A DNA stretch of 43,681 nucleotides, from positions 1 to 43,681 of IMG/VR virus record IMGVR_UViG_3300049172_000049; one strand, 5' to 3'. Positions 43,607 to 43,681 of this stretch are shown one piece after another. The notes under the pieces are model-generated. The model saw only the letters and a program-made list of their open reading frames with translations. It did no database searches and had not been told where the DNA came from. Numbering within the stretch: the first letter of the stretch is position 1; each line of letters begins with the position of its first letter. Origin of the DNA: a virus (taxonomy: Duplodnaviria > Caudoviricetes). Position numbers and translations under genes: made by a program.

Positions 43607-43681
43607 TCCCTGCCCGCCCGCCAGCGGACCGCCCACGCCCCGCAGCGTGGCCGTTTTCCCCAGACCCGTACAGAAGTTCAG

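Larger units (their letters stand above)
1..43681 (-). mobile_element. Temperate siphophage genome (actinomycete, probably Streptomyces), non-integrated form
   Basis: Complete terminase-portal-head-tail-lysis-integration-immunity-replication gene order, phage genes on both sides of attP, very high GC, no recognisable host genes. Confidence 0.95.

Noticed and set aside
1-43681. Apparent excess of TCGA/GTCGAC as a methylation-related signature
   Set aside because: Noticeable by eye but may simply reflect CTC/GTC-GAN codon pairs. It cannot be supported without k-mer statistics.

Overview
The whole window is a high-GC temperate siphophage of an actinomycete, most likely Streptomyces, read almost entirely on the minus strand. 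It is in the free or excised configuration, because an intact attP (3' half of tRNA-Arg UCU) sits internally next to a tyrosine integrase. From right to left: a stand-alone Zn-finger/prim-pol gene, TerS/TerL, portal, head, tail (frameshifted chaperone, tape measure with NlpC/P60 domain, beta-helix tailspike), lysis cassette, an XRE-TPR accessory cassette, attP/int, the immunity switch, the early lytic operon (PD-(D/E)XK exonuclease, Gp3-like protein, DnaQ-like exonuclease, RuvC-like resolvase, C5 methyltransferase, RepA-like initiator), and a truncated plasmid-type DUF2637-like gene. The most notable signals are: a methyltransferase with a second protein nested in another frame; a perfect LexA box before a 61-aa candidate antirepressor and a second one before a structured ncRNA candidate; two classes of palindrome sharing one half-site; an 11-bp-periodic iteron array; extra core-like sites around attP for an integrase with no arm-binding domain; twin CCGACACGG hairpins at late ribosome-binding sites; and the orphan prim-pol beside the terminase. 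All family calls are by eye and no database searches were run.
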